From IMG/VR virus record IMGVR_UViG_3300017778_002569, positions 1-30,559 of that record: 30,559 bases of DNA; one strand, 5' to 3'. The translations under genes and the position numbers were made by a program. The DNA is from a virus (lineage: Duplodnaviria; Caudoviricetes). This document shows positions 1-7,835 of the stretch, one piece after another. The notes beneath the pieces were generated by a model. It worked only from the letters and a program-made list of their open reading frames with translations, was not told where the DNA came from and did no database searches. Position 1 is the first letter of the stretch. The number at the start of each line of letters is the position of its first letter.

Positions 1-117
1 GGACAAGAAGGCTGGGTCATGGCCACCCCTGCAGGCTATAGCAAAGCAGTGGGACGCTTTGGATCAGACGCTTTTGCCGCACAAAATCGTGCTAGAAATA
101 ATCCTCAACCTCAGTAA
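1..117 (+). CDS. 3' end of a phage protein (partial), possibly an RNA-ligase-like/nucleotidyltransferase-fold conserved phage protein
   Basis: Frame 1 is open from base 1 to TAA at 115-117 (GQEGWVMATPAGYSKAVGRF...). The EGxV...KxVxR pattern resembles ligase-type motifs IV/V. Confidence 0.45.
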   Translation, partial: GQEGWVMATPAGYSKAVGRFGSDAFAAQNRARNNPQPQ

Positions 118-131
118 TTTTTGTCAATTGA

Positions 132-138
132 CTAAATA
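132..138 (+). promoter_or_regulatory. T4-like late promoter (CTAAATA)
   Basis: The NTAAATA motif recurs just upstream of many genes in this window; here it is followed by a small hairpin, SD AGGAG and ATG 180. Confidence 0.65.
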
Positions 139-179
139 AAAGTAGGCCCTGAAAGGCCACTAACTTAGGAGATTCTAAA

Positions 180-644
180 ATGGCATATTTTCCACCCTTC
201 ACTGGTGACGCACAACCAGTATTCGCAATGGACATCAACAATGGTCCACAAACTGGTACAATCGGTTCTACAGATGCACTGGTACAGATGGATGGTCCAA
301 AACTGGACTTTTTCAAAGTAATTGTTGAAAACTCTTCAAACCAAGCAATTGACTTGCGCACTCAACTTGGCAGCTACAGCGGCGGTGTGTTCACACCAGG
401 TGTTGTAGTTCAACTTAACCAAGCTATTCAACGTGTAGCAACTATTGCCAAGTACCAGGTTGAAGGCGACAGCACTGGCCAAATCAGCTACGCTGTGTAT
501 CCACAAGATGCATGGACAGCCGCTACTCTTGACGCAGCCTTGAAAGCTCTAGGCAACGTTCAAATCACAGCCAGCGATGGCACAGTGACTGGTGTTAACG
601 TAGCCGGTACAGACGTTACAAATGTAGGCTTCAAACTAGCTTAA
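180..644 (+). CDS. Putative virion structural protein (154 aa)
   Basis: Late promoter, strong SD (AGGAG) and its own terminator; G/A/T/V-rich composition typical of virion proteins. Confidence 0.55.
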   Translation: MAYFPPFTGDAQPVFAMDINNGPQTGTIGSTDALVQMDGPKLDFFKVIVENSSNQAIDLRTQLGSYSGGVFTPGVVVQLNQAIQRVATIAKYQVEGDSTGQISYAVYPQDAWTAATLDAALKALGNVQITASDGTVTGVNVAGTDVTNVGFKLA

Positions 645-665
645 TCAAATTTAATTTGATCAAGG

Positions 666-689
666 CCCTGGATTTATTCCAGGGTTTTT
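666..689 (+). terminator. Rho-independent terminator
   Basis: CCCTGGA-tttat-TCCAGGG stem followed by TTTTT. Confidence 0.8.
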
Positions 690-697
690 CTTGGCTG

Positions 698-704
698 TTA
701 AATA
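698..704 (+). promoter_or_regulatory. Late promoter (TTAAATA)
   Basis: Motif lies between the terminator and ATG 713. Confidence 0.55.
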
Positions 705-712
705 CTTACACT

Positions 713-1336
713 ATGCAACCAATGCCACTATGGCCCACAATGTTCTACAACTTTGACTGGGCCGAACACAAAACACATGTAAAAGAACTCAAGGCAGTTT
801 GTGAAGATCTTGAACAACGCAATTACGTTAGTAATATAGCACCTGACGCCAAAAAAGGCTTGTACGAAAGCGGATTTGACTTTGTGAAATATGACAATAC
901 CGCAGTCACGGCCTGGGCTGACTGGGTAAAAGACTGTATGTTTCAAGCCAGCCACGACGCCAACAAACGTCACTGGCCGCCTGGCACAAACATACAAGTT
1001 GAATTGCATGAATCCTGGTGCCATATCACACGCAACGGTGGCTATCACGACATGCACATACATCCCAACAGCACTTGGAGTTGCATTTATTATCTTGATT
1101 GTGGAGACATGGACAGCACAACAAAAAATGGATTAAATCGGTTTTACAACCCTAACACCACCATGCATACTGATGCAGGCACATTGTACATGAGCCGTGA
1201 CAACAGCATAGACATACTAGCCGAACCCGGCATGCTGGTGGTATTTCCTGGTTGGGTACAACATTCAGCCCTGCCCTATCAAGGTCATCGTGATCGTTAT
1301 ATTCTAAGTGCAAACAGCAGGATAACACTTTCATAA
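713..1336 (+). CDS. Putative 2OG-Fe(II) oxygenase (TIGR02466-like phage family)
   Basis: SWCHIT..GGYHDMHIHPNSTWSCIYY, PGMLVVFPGWVQHSALP and R..LSAN motifs. Start moved from 656 to ATG 713 because the longer ORF runs through the terminator. Confidence 0.8.
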   Translation: MQPMPLWPTMFYNFDWAEHKTHVKELKAVCEDLEQRNYVSNIAPDAKKGLYESGFDFVKYDNTAVTAWADWVKDCMFQASHDANKRHWPPGTNIQVELHESWCHITRNGGYHDMHIHPNSTWSCIYYLDCGDMDSTTKNGLNRFYNPNTTMHTDAGTLYMSRDNSIDILAEPGMLVVFPGWVQHSALPYQGHRDRYILSANSRITLS

Positions 1337-1764
1337 TGTTTTATCGAATACATTGTTGTACACTGTTTGATATAACAGCTACAGGCGTGCGCAGCCATTA
1401 TAAAGAATCTCGCATACCTTTTCATGATGAAACAGGACAACTTATTCAAGATCAACTTAATTGGACACGATCTCGAAATCAACAAAGAAATTGGGAAACA
1501 ATTAATCAATTGATTTCATTAAGAACATTGCCAGAAAATATTTCTACACCTATATACAACACAAGCACGTTGACTTGGGAATTTGAATTTGATGTTGTGA
1601 ACATTGAATCAATATCATTAAATGACAATCTAGTGGGTGGACTGTTGCGTGATTGTGTTGGGGTACCTATGATACTGGGATTGACAGAAAAGTCAGAGAT
1701 CGGTAATATTTTAACTACTGCAGGACCCGAAATTAACATTTGGTTCACAGTGTTCAAAAGCTAA
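1336..1764 (+). CDS. Hypothetical phage protein (142 aa)
   Basis: Coupled ORF (TAATG overlap) in a co-oriented cluster. Confidence 0.7.
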   Translation: MFYRIHCCTLFDITATGVRSHYKESRIPFHDETGQLIQDQLNWTRSRNQQRNWETINQLISLRTLPENISTPIYNTSTLTWEFEFDVVNIESISLNDNLVGGLLRDCVGVPMILGLTEKSEIGNILTTAGPEINIWFTVFKS

Positions 1765-1767
1765 ATA
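1761..1767 (+). promoter_or_regulatory. Late promoter (CTAAATA)
   Basis: Overlaps the upstream stop codon; followed by GGAG and ATG 1785. Confidence 0.6.
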
Positions 1768-1784
1768 TTCGAACGGAGCATTTA

Positions 1785-2048
1785 ATGGCTGATACCACTG
1801 ATATTGAAAAAAAGAGTTTGGAAGCACACGTTGAGCTGTGTGCTGAACGCTATAAATTACTGGAACTCAAACTAGAAACAGTTGAGACCACAGTATCCAG
1901 CCTCAAAGACATGATTGTGGACCTGCACGGCATGGTGCACAAGATGAGTGAGAAAAGAAATGACCAACTCATTGGCTGGGGCATAGGCCTAATAGGTGTA
2001 CTAGCAGCCACAGTGGGCTGGTTGCTATCTCATTACGTATTCAAATGA
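1785..2048 (+). CDS. Small coiled-coil protein with C-terminal transmembrane helix (possible holin-like/membrane protein)
   Basis: SD GGAG before ATG 1785; heptad-rich N-terminus; hydrophobic LIGWGIGLIGVLAATVGWLL segment. Confidence 0.6.
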   Translation: MADTTDIEKKSLEAHVELCAERYKLLELKLETVETTVSSLKDMIVDLHGMVHKMSEKRNDQLIGWGIGLIGVLAATVGWLLSHYVFK

Positions 2049-2557
2049 TAACAAATCAAAAAGTACTAAATCGTTTGCAACGCCTGGCAGAAGAGGAATT
2101 TCCTTCTCTGCAACAAAATGTCTTGATTCCTGTAGAAAACAACTGTTACGAAGTATTTGGAAATTACTTGATCAAACCCACACACAACAGTGCATTTTTG
2201 GTCAATAAAAACAATGTGCCATGCGGAGAATTTTCATCTACTAGATCTGCACTAAGCTGGTGTATTGCAGACAAATGCAATCAACTGAGTTTAAGAGACC
2301 AGATTTTAGTTCTAGATTCTAGAAAAACCATGCTGACAGCGGACTTGTTTGTTAGGTCCACGCTGGTTGCAGGATTTAAAAATTATACCACACGTTCGGC
2401 AGCTGATGGCAAAATCAGTGCCAGGCGAGACCGTTTGAGCCAAGTGACCCTTCGATTGGACAAATGTGTAAATCTGGCTAAATACTGGCAAATACGAGGA
2501 TTCAACAATGAAACTGCAAGACCTGGGCGCACGCCGACCAACAGAACAAATCGCTAA
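2045..2557 (+). CDS. Hypothetical phage protein (170 aa)
   Basis: ATGA overlap with the previous gene; long ORF. Confidence 0.7.
   Translation: MITNQKVLNRLQRLAEEEFPSLQQNVLIPVENNCYEVFGNYLIKPTHNSAFLVNKNNVPCGEFSSTRSALSWCIADKCNQLSLRDQILVLDSRKTMLTADLFVRSTLVAGFKNYTTRSAADGKISARRDRLSQVTLRLDKCVNLAKYWQIRGFNNETARPGRTPTNRTNR
2478..2484 (+). promoter_or_regulatory. Late promoter (CTAAATA) embedded in upstream CDS
   Basis: About 24 nt before ATG 2508, with SD GAGGA in between. Confidence 0.6.
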
Positions 2558-3410
2558 AGTACTAGAGAGCCAACATGGCGCTCGTATTGACTTTGATCGA
2601 CTATCACGACAACAAGCTCGCACCATGCTAGGCAAGGTACGTTCATTGGTCAAAGAACATCGTGACAGTGTTAGTTTTCACTACAGCGAACGTAATCCAG
2701 ATTACATGAAGCTGGTAATGGTAGAGCAAGCTTTAGTCAGCAAACTCAACGAACAACCCACAGTGGGTGGCGTGGCACCTGTCGCTGGCGCCAATCAAAC
2801 CGGTGCCGCTGGCTCAGTTGCCGCTGTCAATCCAGCGCAGATGGCCATGCAGATGGCACAGCGTAAAAAGCAACTGCAAGATCAACTCAAAGTGGCTCAA
2901 GGACAAGTTAGAAACATTCAAAAGCAAATAACACAACCTACCCTGGGCATGGCCGAGAGTCGTCGTAGCATTAGCGAAAGCGAAGTACAACAAGCTCAAG
3001 TGGTGTTGGCTGCACAAGACATGGTTGATCAAATTCAGAAAATGATGGAACAAATTTCTGAAATGCAATTTAAAGATCTACCTGCCTTGGTCAACAGTAT
3101 TCGCAATGACATGGGTATTGATCAAGCCACCAAGTATCAAGCTGATTCAACAGCCGCATTGACAACATTGCTGACTTCCATACAGTCAGGTAAAACACAG
3201 CTGGAAGCCGCTCAAGGCATTCTAACAGGTCAAGCACCGATTATCCCGGGTGTTGACGCTGGTGTTGATGCCAGTGCTGACCTAGGTGCAGTTGACGGTG
3301 ATGCTGGCGCTGACATTGATGCAGATCTAAATATAGATGCAACTTTGCCAGCAGACGATGAAGAAGACTTAGATACACCTGCAGCCGCCCTGGGTCGCGA
3401 ACGTAGATAA
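2508..3410 (+). CDS. Putative prohead core/scaffold-like protein (300 aa)
   Basis: Late promoter and SD; Q/A-rich coiled coils, acidic C-terminal tail; L/I-x-E sites (LNE, ISE) resembling T4 gp21 cleavage motifs. Confidence 0.5.
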   Translation: MKLQDLGARRPTEQIAKVLESQHGARIDFDRLSRQQARTMLGKVRSLVKEHRDSVSFHYSERNPDYMKLVMVEQALVSKLNEQPTVGGVAPVAGANQTGAAGSVAAVNPAQMAMQMAQRKKQLQDQLKVAQGQVRNIQKQITQPTLGMAESRRSISESEVQQAQVVLAAQDMVDQIQKMMEQISEMQFKDLPALVNSIRNDMGIDQATKYQADSTAALTTLLTSIQSGKTQLEAAQGILTGQAPIIPGVDAGVDASADLGAVDGDAGADIDADLNIDATLPADDEEDLDTPAAALGRERR

Positions 3411-3751
3411 TGAGACTCTTTGAGTTTGAGACTTCCTTGGACACCCAAAAGCTAGTGGCGTTGGGTGAGTTCCTGTTGGCCCGTGCCACAGACACAGATG
3501 CACAAAAGAAAATATCAGTTGCAACATTTTTGCAATTGGCCAATAGCCAAGGTATCAGTCTTAGCCAAGATCAATTGACGACCATGGCACAACAGCCCCC
3601 ATTGAGCAATATCATTCAGGATATTCAAGACAACGAAATTGTATTCAAAGGCTCAGAAGAGCCAGCGCCAAACATGACAGTAGATCAAGCTCAACAAACA
3701 GTAGATCGTATGGCCAAAAGAGCGTCAGCCAAAGCATCTAAATCTTTGTGA
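3410..3751 (+). CDS. Hypothetical late protein (113 aa), possible internal head protein
   Basis: Coupled to the upstream gene; N-terminus MRLFEF. Confidence 0.6.
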   Translation: MRLFEFETSLDTQKLVALGEFLLARATDTDAQKKISVATFLQLANSQGISLSQDQLTTMAQQPPLSNIIQDIQDNEIVFKGSEEPAPNMTVDQAQQTVDRMAKRASAKASKSL

Positions 3752-3755
3752 TCTC

Positions 3756-3784
3756 TTGACTTCTTGTGTGTAAGGCTGTATACT
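3756..3784 (+). promoter_or_regulatory. Sigma70-type promoter for iscU
   Basis: TTGACT (3756-3761), N17, TATACT (3779-3784), then SD AGGAG and ATG 3807. Confidence 0.75.
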
Positions 3785-3806
3785 AACATGATACAGGAGA
3801 ATTAGA

Positions 3807-4187
3807 ATGGCATACTCAGACAAGGTTGTAGATCACTATGAAAATCCCAGGAATGTCGGATCTTTTGACAAGACTGATACTGATATTGGTACTGGTATGG
3901 TAGGCGCACCTGCTTGCGGTGATGTAATGAAACTACAGATAAAGGTTGACCATGATACAGGTATTATTACAGATGCAAAATTTAAAACGTATGGCTGCGG
4001 ATCGGCTATTGCGAGTTCGAGTCTTGTTACAGAGTGGGTCAAAGGCATGCACATCGACCAAGCCGGAGCAATCAAAAACTCCGACATCGCCGAAGAACTA
4101 GCATTACCCCCAGTTAAAATTCACTGTTCAATACTTGCAGAAGATGCCATCAAAGCCGCAGTAGAAGATTATCGTAAAAAACATTAA
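3807..4187 (+). CDS. iscU: Fe-S cluster scaffold protein IscU
   Basis: YSDKVVDHYENPRNVG, APACGD, YGCGSAIASSS and LPPVKIHCS motifs; all three Cys are present. Confidence 0.97.
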   Translation: MAYSDKVVDHYENPRNVGSFDKTDTDIGTGMVGAPACGDVMKLQIKVDHDTGIITDAKFKTYGCGSAIASSSLVTEWVKGMHIDQAGAIKNSDIAEELALPPVKIHCSILAEDAIKAAVEDYRKKH

Positions 4188-4774
4188 TGACAGCAATCAA
4201 GCGTTATTTAATAAGTGCTCCACCTCGTGTGGGCGGAATTCTAATTACCAATATAATATCATCTGCTAATGCTTCAGCATTGCACACACATGACCCACAA
4301 CACAAAACTGATGATGATTCAATTACAGGATTGATAATAGTAGGCCGTCGAGATATATTTTCGGCAGTGATGTCTAATTGCATTGTGTGGCACACTAATC
4401 AATCAGCAATTTACAACCAGCACAACATTGAACCTTTTGAAGTGATAGAACAAGACTTTGTACTTCAATATGCAGATCATGTTTGGCATTCTAAAAGTCA
4501 TGATCTAACAAGACCGTATGGACTAGTTGAAACATTTTATTTTGATGATTTTGTAAATAATTACATGCACGTATTAACTCGTTTGGGATTGCAACAATCC
4601 AGGCAACATATTAATTATAAAGATTTATCAATCAAAGCACCGTATAATTACAAACAATTGGTTAGAAATCATCAAGATTTAAAAATATTATTTGATAGAT
4701 TAGAAACTGAAAATGTAGCCAATCCATACATCAAGTACAATAAATTAGGCATTGAATCTGGGGGATTTGATTAA
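4187..4774 (+). CDS. Hypothetical protein, possible sulfotransferase-like P-loop fold
   Basis: N-terminal LISAPPRVGG resembles a PAPS-binding loop; later RRDIFSAVMS resembles the R..S motif; visibly AT-rich. Confidence 0.5.
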   Translation: MTAIKRYLISAPPRVGGILITNIISSANASALHTHDPQHKTDDDSITGLIIVGRRDIFSAVMSNCIVWHTNQSAIYNQHNIEPFEVIEQDFVLQYADHVWHSKSHDLTRPYGLVETFYFDDFVNNYMHVLTRLGLQQSRQHINYKDLSIKAPYNYKQLVRNHQDLKILFDRLETENVANPYIKYNKLGIESGGFD

Positions 4775-4776
4775 TC

Positions 4777-5100
4777 ATGATTTCAGTAACTGATATAGCC
4801 GCCCGCAAAATTAAATCAGCACTGAGCAAGCGTGGATCAGGGCTGGGCATACAAGTAGGAGTCCGAACCACTGGTTGCTCGGGACTGGCTTATGTGTTAG
4901 AATACGTAGACAACCCCAACTTGCATTGCGTACAGCACTATGACAGTAATGGTGTGAGGATTTTTATAGACCCAAAAAACAAGCCCTACCTTCAAGGCAT
5001 GGTGATTGATTTTGTACGCAATGGACTCAATGAAGGTTTTGAATTTCGCAATCCCAATGAACGTGACCGCTGCGGTTGCGGAGAAAGTTTTAGAATTTAA
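4777..5100 (+). CDS. iscA: A-type Fe-S carrier IscA
   Basis: GVRTTGCSGLAY and C-terminal RCGCGESF motifs. Confidence 0.95.
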   Translation: MISVTDIAARKIKSALSKRGSGLGIQVGVRTTGCSGLAYVLEYVDNPNLHCVQHYDSNGVRIFIDPKNKPYLQGMVIDFVRNGLNEGFEFRNPNERDRCGCGESFRI

Positions 5101-5810
5101 TGATAACTCAACGATACAATTATTCGCCGCTGGATCGAACAACCATTGACGGCAAAAGACATTATTGTTTACCTGACGGCTCCAAGGTGCCCAGCGTCAC
5201 TACCATACTAGATCGCACCAAGCCTGAAGAAAAACGACTGGCCTTGGCCAACTGGAAAAAACGAGTGGGCGAGCAACAGGCACAGCAGATCACCACAGAA
5301 GCGGCCAATCGCGGCACCAGGATGCATGCGTACCTGGAGCACTATGCATTGGAAGCAGACATGAAACCCCTGCCTGGCAATCCGTTTGCTCAGCCGTCTT
5401 GGTTCATGGCCGCAGAAGTTATATTGCAAGGACTGTGTAATGTGGATGAATTTTGGGGAGTAGAAGTGCCTGTTTATTACAGTGGATTATATGCAGGAAC
5501 CACAGACTGTCTTGGCTTATGGAAAGGGCAGCCTGCAATCATTGATTTCAAGCAGACCAACAAGCCCAAAAAGCGTGAATGGATTGACGACTATTTTATT
5601 CAGCTGGCAGCCTATGCCGCGGCGCACAATCATGCACACAGCACAGACATCAAAACAGGGGTGATTATGATGGCTCAACAGCCTGCAGTTTTGCTCGACG
5701 GCACACTGAGCAAGCCTGTTTATACTGAATACGTGATTGAAAGTGATGAATTTGCTCACTGGAACAACGAGTGGAACAAACGTGTTGAATTCTACTACTT
5801 GACTAGCTAA
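5100..5810 (+). CDS. PD-(D/E)xK exonuclease (phage exonuclease family)
   Basis: PSVTTIL, RGTRMH, YAGTTD, IIDFKQ and QLAAY motifs. Confidence 0.85.
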   Translation: MITQRYNYSPLDRTTIDGKRHYCLPDGSKVPSVTTILDRTKPEEKRLALANWKKRVGEQQAQQITTEAANRGTRMHAYLEHYALEADMKPLPGNPFAQPSWFMAAEVILQGLCNVDEFWGVEVPVYYSGLYAGTTDCLGLWKGQPAIIDFKQTNKPKKREWIDDYFIQLAAYAAAHNHAHSTDIKTGVIMMAQQPAVLLDGTLSKPVYTEYVIESDEFAHWNNEWNKRVEFYYLTS

Positions 5811-5813
5811 ATA
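5807..5813 (+). promoter_or_regulatory. Late promoter (CTAAATA)
   Basis: Overlaps the exonuclease stop; SD GAGGA and GTG 5837 follow. Confidence 0.65.
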
Positions 5814-5836
5814 CTGGAACAACTGAGGAATTCCAA

Positions 5837-7414
5837 GTGGCTATAGTACAAGTATCCAGAATAACCAACCGCAAAGGTTTACAAGAAAACTTACCACAAC
5901 TGGCTGGTGCAGAATTAGGCTGGGCGACAAATAGTCGTAGATTGTTTATTGGTAACGGCACTTTGCAAGATGGTGCACCCGTGATCGGGAATACTGAAAT
6001 TCTTACTGAATTTTCAGATATCACAGTGGTCAGTAACTACACCTACGCCGACGTAGTTGTTGGTTATGCCGCTCAAACAGGCCCCACACCCGGTGATCCA
6101 ATAGTTCGATCGGTACAGGACAAATTGGATGATACTGTATCTGTTAGAGATTTTGGCGCAGTTGGTGATGGCGTTGCTGACGATACTGGTGCTATCAACC
6201 GCGCATTGTATCAATTGTACTGTCGTGAAGCCACAACCCCGCCGCGACGCACTTTGCTATTTCCAGCAGGTACATATCGAATCATTGAAAGTTTGATCAT
6301 CCCCACCTGGGCCAAGCTTGTGGGTGAAGGTGCAAATCACAGTATAATCTTACTAGATACTTCTAGTGATATTTCATCACTGTCTGCGTATGTGGCACGA
6401 GTTGGTGATAGTCTTCAGCAAACTGGTGCTAACATTGGTACCAATGGCGCAACTCCACCTAAAAACATTGAAATTTCAAGCATGACTTTTCAATCAGTGG
6501 AAGACACTGATATATTCTTGGTAGATCAAGCCCAGGAAATTTGGTTTCAAAACGTATACTTTGTTGGCCCTGTTACACAAGCCGAAATTGAAAATTCCAA
6601 CACAGTGCCATTGCCGGACATTGCTGGCATACGATTTAACAGCAGTGCCAATTTATTATGCAACAATATCACATTTGACAATTGCGGATTTAATAATATT
6701 ACATATGGTATTGCTGTCGGTGAAGATTTTGCCGGTGTCAATGTTACCAACAGTAGATTTGACACATTATATCAAGGAGTTGTGCTCAATGGAGGTGGTA
6801 CAGGCTTCCGTGTATTACACAACACCTTTGACATAATCTATGGCGAGGGCCTGGATTTTGCAGACGTTAATCTGTGTGTTTCGGGCTACAATGTATTTTA
6901 CAATGTTGGTAATAGTATCGGAGCATCTTCTCCTACTGCCCCGGTTGTTTCTCTGGGCAACGACACTTGTGTATCTGCAAATGATCTTTTTGCTCGAACT
7001 GATTCTGATGCATACACAGTACCACGGATTCGTATTTTAACTTCTACCACAGTTAGTGGTGGCACACAAATGCAAATGGGCCGATATGCTCGCGAATCAG
7101 GACTAACATTTAGCCTTGCAAACAACCAAACCAACCAAACTATTTTTTCTGTCAACAACGATAACACCAAGGCATTTCAAATGTATTATACAATATCTCG
7201 AGACACTTCGGTTAGGAGTGGTATAATGACTGTGGTATCAGGACCAAATGACAGCGCCGGGGATCTAGATTTTACAGATGACTATACTGAAAATTCATCA
7301 ACTGGCGTAACATTAAATGTAACTCAATCTGGATCACAAGTTATTGTTCAATACACTTCTACCAATACCGGCGTGGTCGGAACTCTCACTTACTCTTTAT
7401 CACATCTAGCTTAA
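5837..7414 (+). CDS. Tail/baseplate-associated protein with pectate-lyase-like beta-helix
   Basis: N-terminal LPQLAGAELGWATNSRRLFIGNG (Mtd-N-like); VSVRDFGAVGDGVADDTGAINRAL (Pectate_lyase_3 start); N-rich beta-helix repeats. Confidence 0.75.
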   Translation: MAIVQVSRITNRKGLQENLPQLAGAELGWATNSRRLFIGNGTLQDGAPVIGNTEILTEFSDITVVSNYTYADVVVGYAAQTGPTPGDPIVRSVQDKLDDTVSVRDFGAVGDGVADDTGAINRALYQLYCREATTPPRRTLLFPAGTYRIIESLIIPTWAKLVGEGANHSIILLDTSSDISSLSAYVARVGDSLQQTGANIGTNGATPPKNIEISSMTFQSVEDTDIFLVDQAQEIWFQNVYFVGPVTQAEIENSNTVPLPDIAGIRFNSSANLLCNNITFDNCGFNNITYGIAVGEDFAGVNVTNSRFDTLYQGVVLNGGGTGFRVLHNTFDIIYGEGLDFADVNLCVSGYNVFYNVGNSIGASSPTAPVVSLGNDTCVSANDLFARTDSDAYTVPRIRILTSTTVSGGTQMQMGRYARESGLTFSLANNQTNQTIFSVNNDNTKAFQMYYTISRDTSVRSGIMTVVSGPNDSAGDLDFTDDYTENSSTGVTLNVTQSGSQVIVQYTSTNTGVVGTLTYSLSHLA

Positions 7415-7833
7415 TGTGGCACATCTCCTTTGAGGATAGAATGCGTGCCTGGCATGCCCTGCGTCAATCTGCAGGCCACCTCCCTGCACCAGAAAAATAC
7501 AATTCAATTAACAACTGGTGGTTTCAAGCCCCAATGGTAAATCGATCAATTCAATGGGACGAATATCCCAACTGGCCTGATCCCTGGCAACTATTGGCCA
7601 ATAATAATTTTTGCGATCTTGCAAGAGCCTTGGGAATAGTGTATACTGTTATAATGCTTGATGCTGACAGTGATGTGAGCATTGCACAAAGTGACCAAGG
7701 TAATTTAGTCCTGGTCGAACAAGGGAAATATATACTGAATTGGGCACCTAGGCAACTGTTAAATATCGAATCTGCAAATATCAACATCACACGACAGATT
7801 AACAGTGATTCGCTGTACCAATTAATAGGTTAG
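7414..7833 (+). CDS. Hypothetical phage protein (139 aa)
   Basis: TAATG coupling; W-rich ORF (WPDPWQLL..NNFCDLARALG). Confidence 0.7.
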   Translation: MWHISFEDRMRAWHALRQSAGHLPAPEKYNSINNWWFQAPMVNRSIQWDEYPNWPDPWQLLANNNFCDLARALGIVYTVIMLDADSDVSIAQSDQGNLVLVEQGKYILNWAPRQLLNIESANINITRQINSDSLYQLIG

Positions 7834-7835
7834 AC

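Noticed and set aside
656-712. N-terminal extensions in the ORF track (656, 1740, 11523, 16529, 29285)
   Set aside because: They run through terminators, promoters or upstream genes; downstream ATGs (713, 1785, 11589, 16568, 29315) fit better.
5100-5810. Cas4/CRISPR system
   Set aside because: The nuclease lacks the four-Cys Fe-S arrangement of Cas4; no repeat-spacer array or other cas genes were seen.
5837-7414. Diversity-generating retroelement target, suggested by the Mtd-N-like start
   Set aside because: No reverse transcriptase or template/variable repeat pair was seen in the window.
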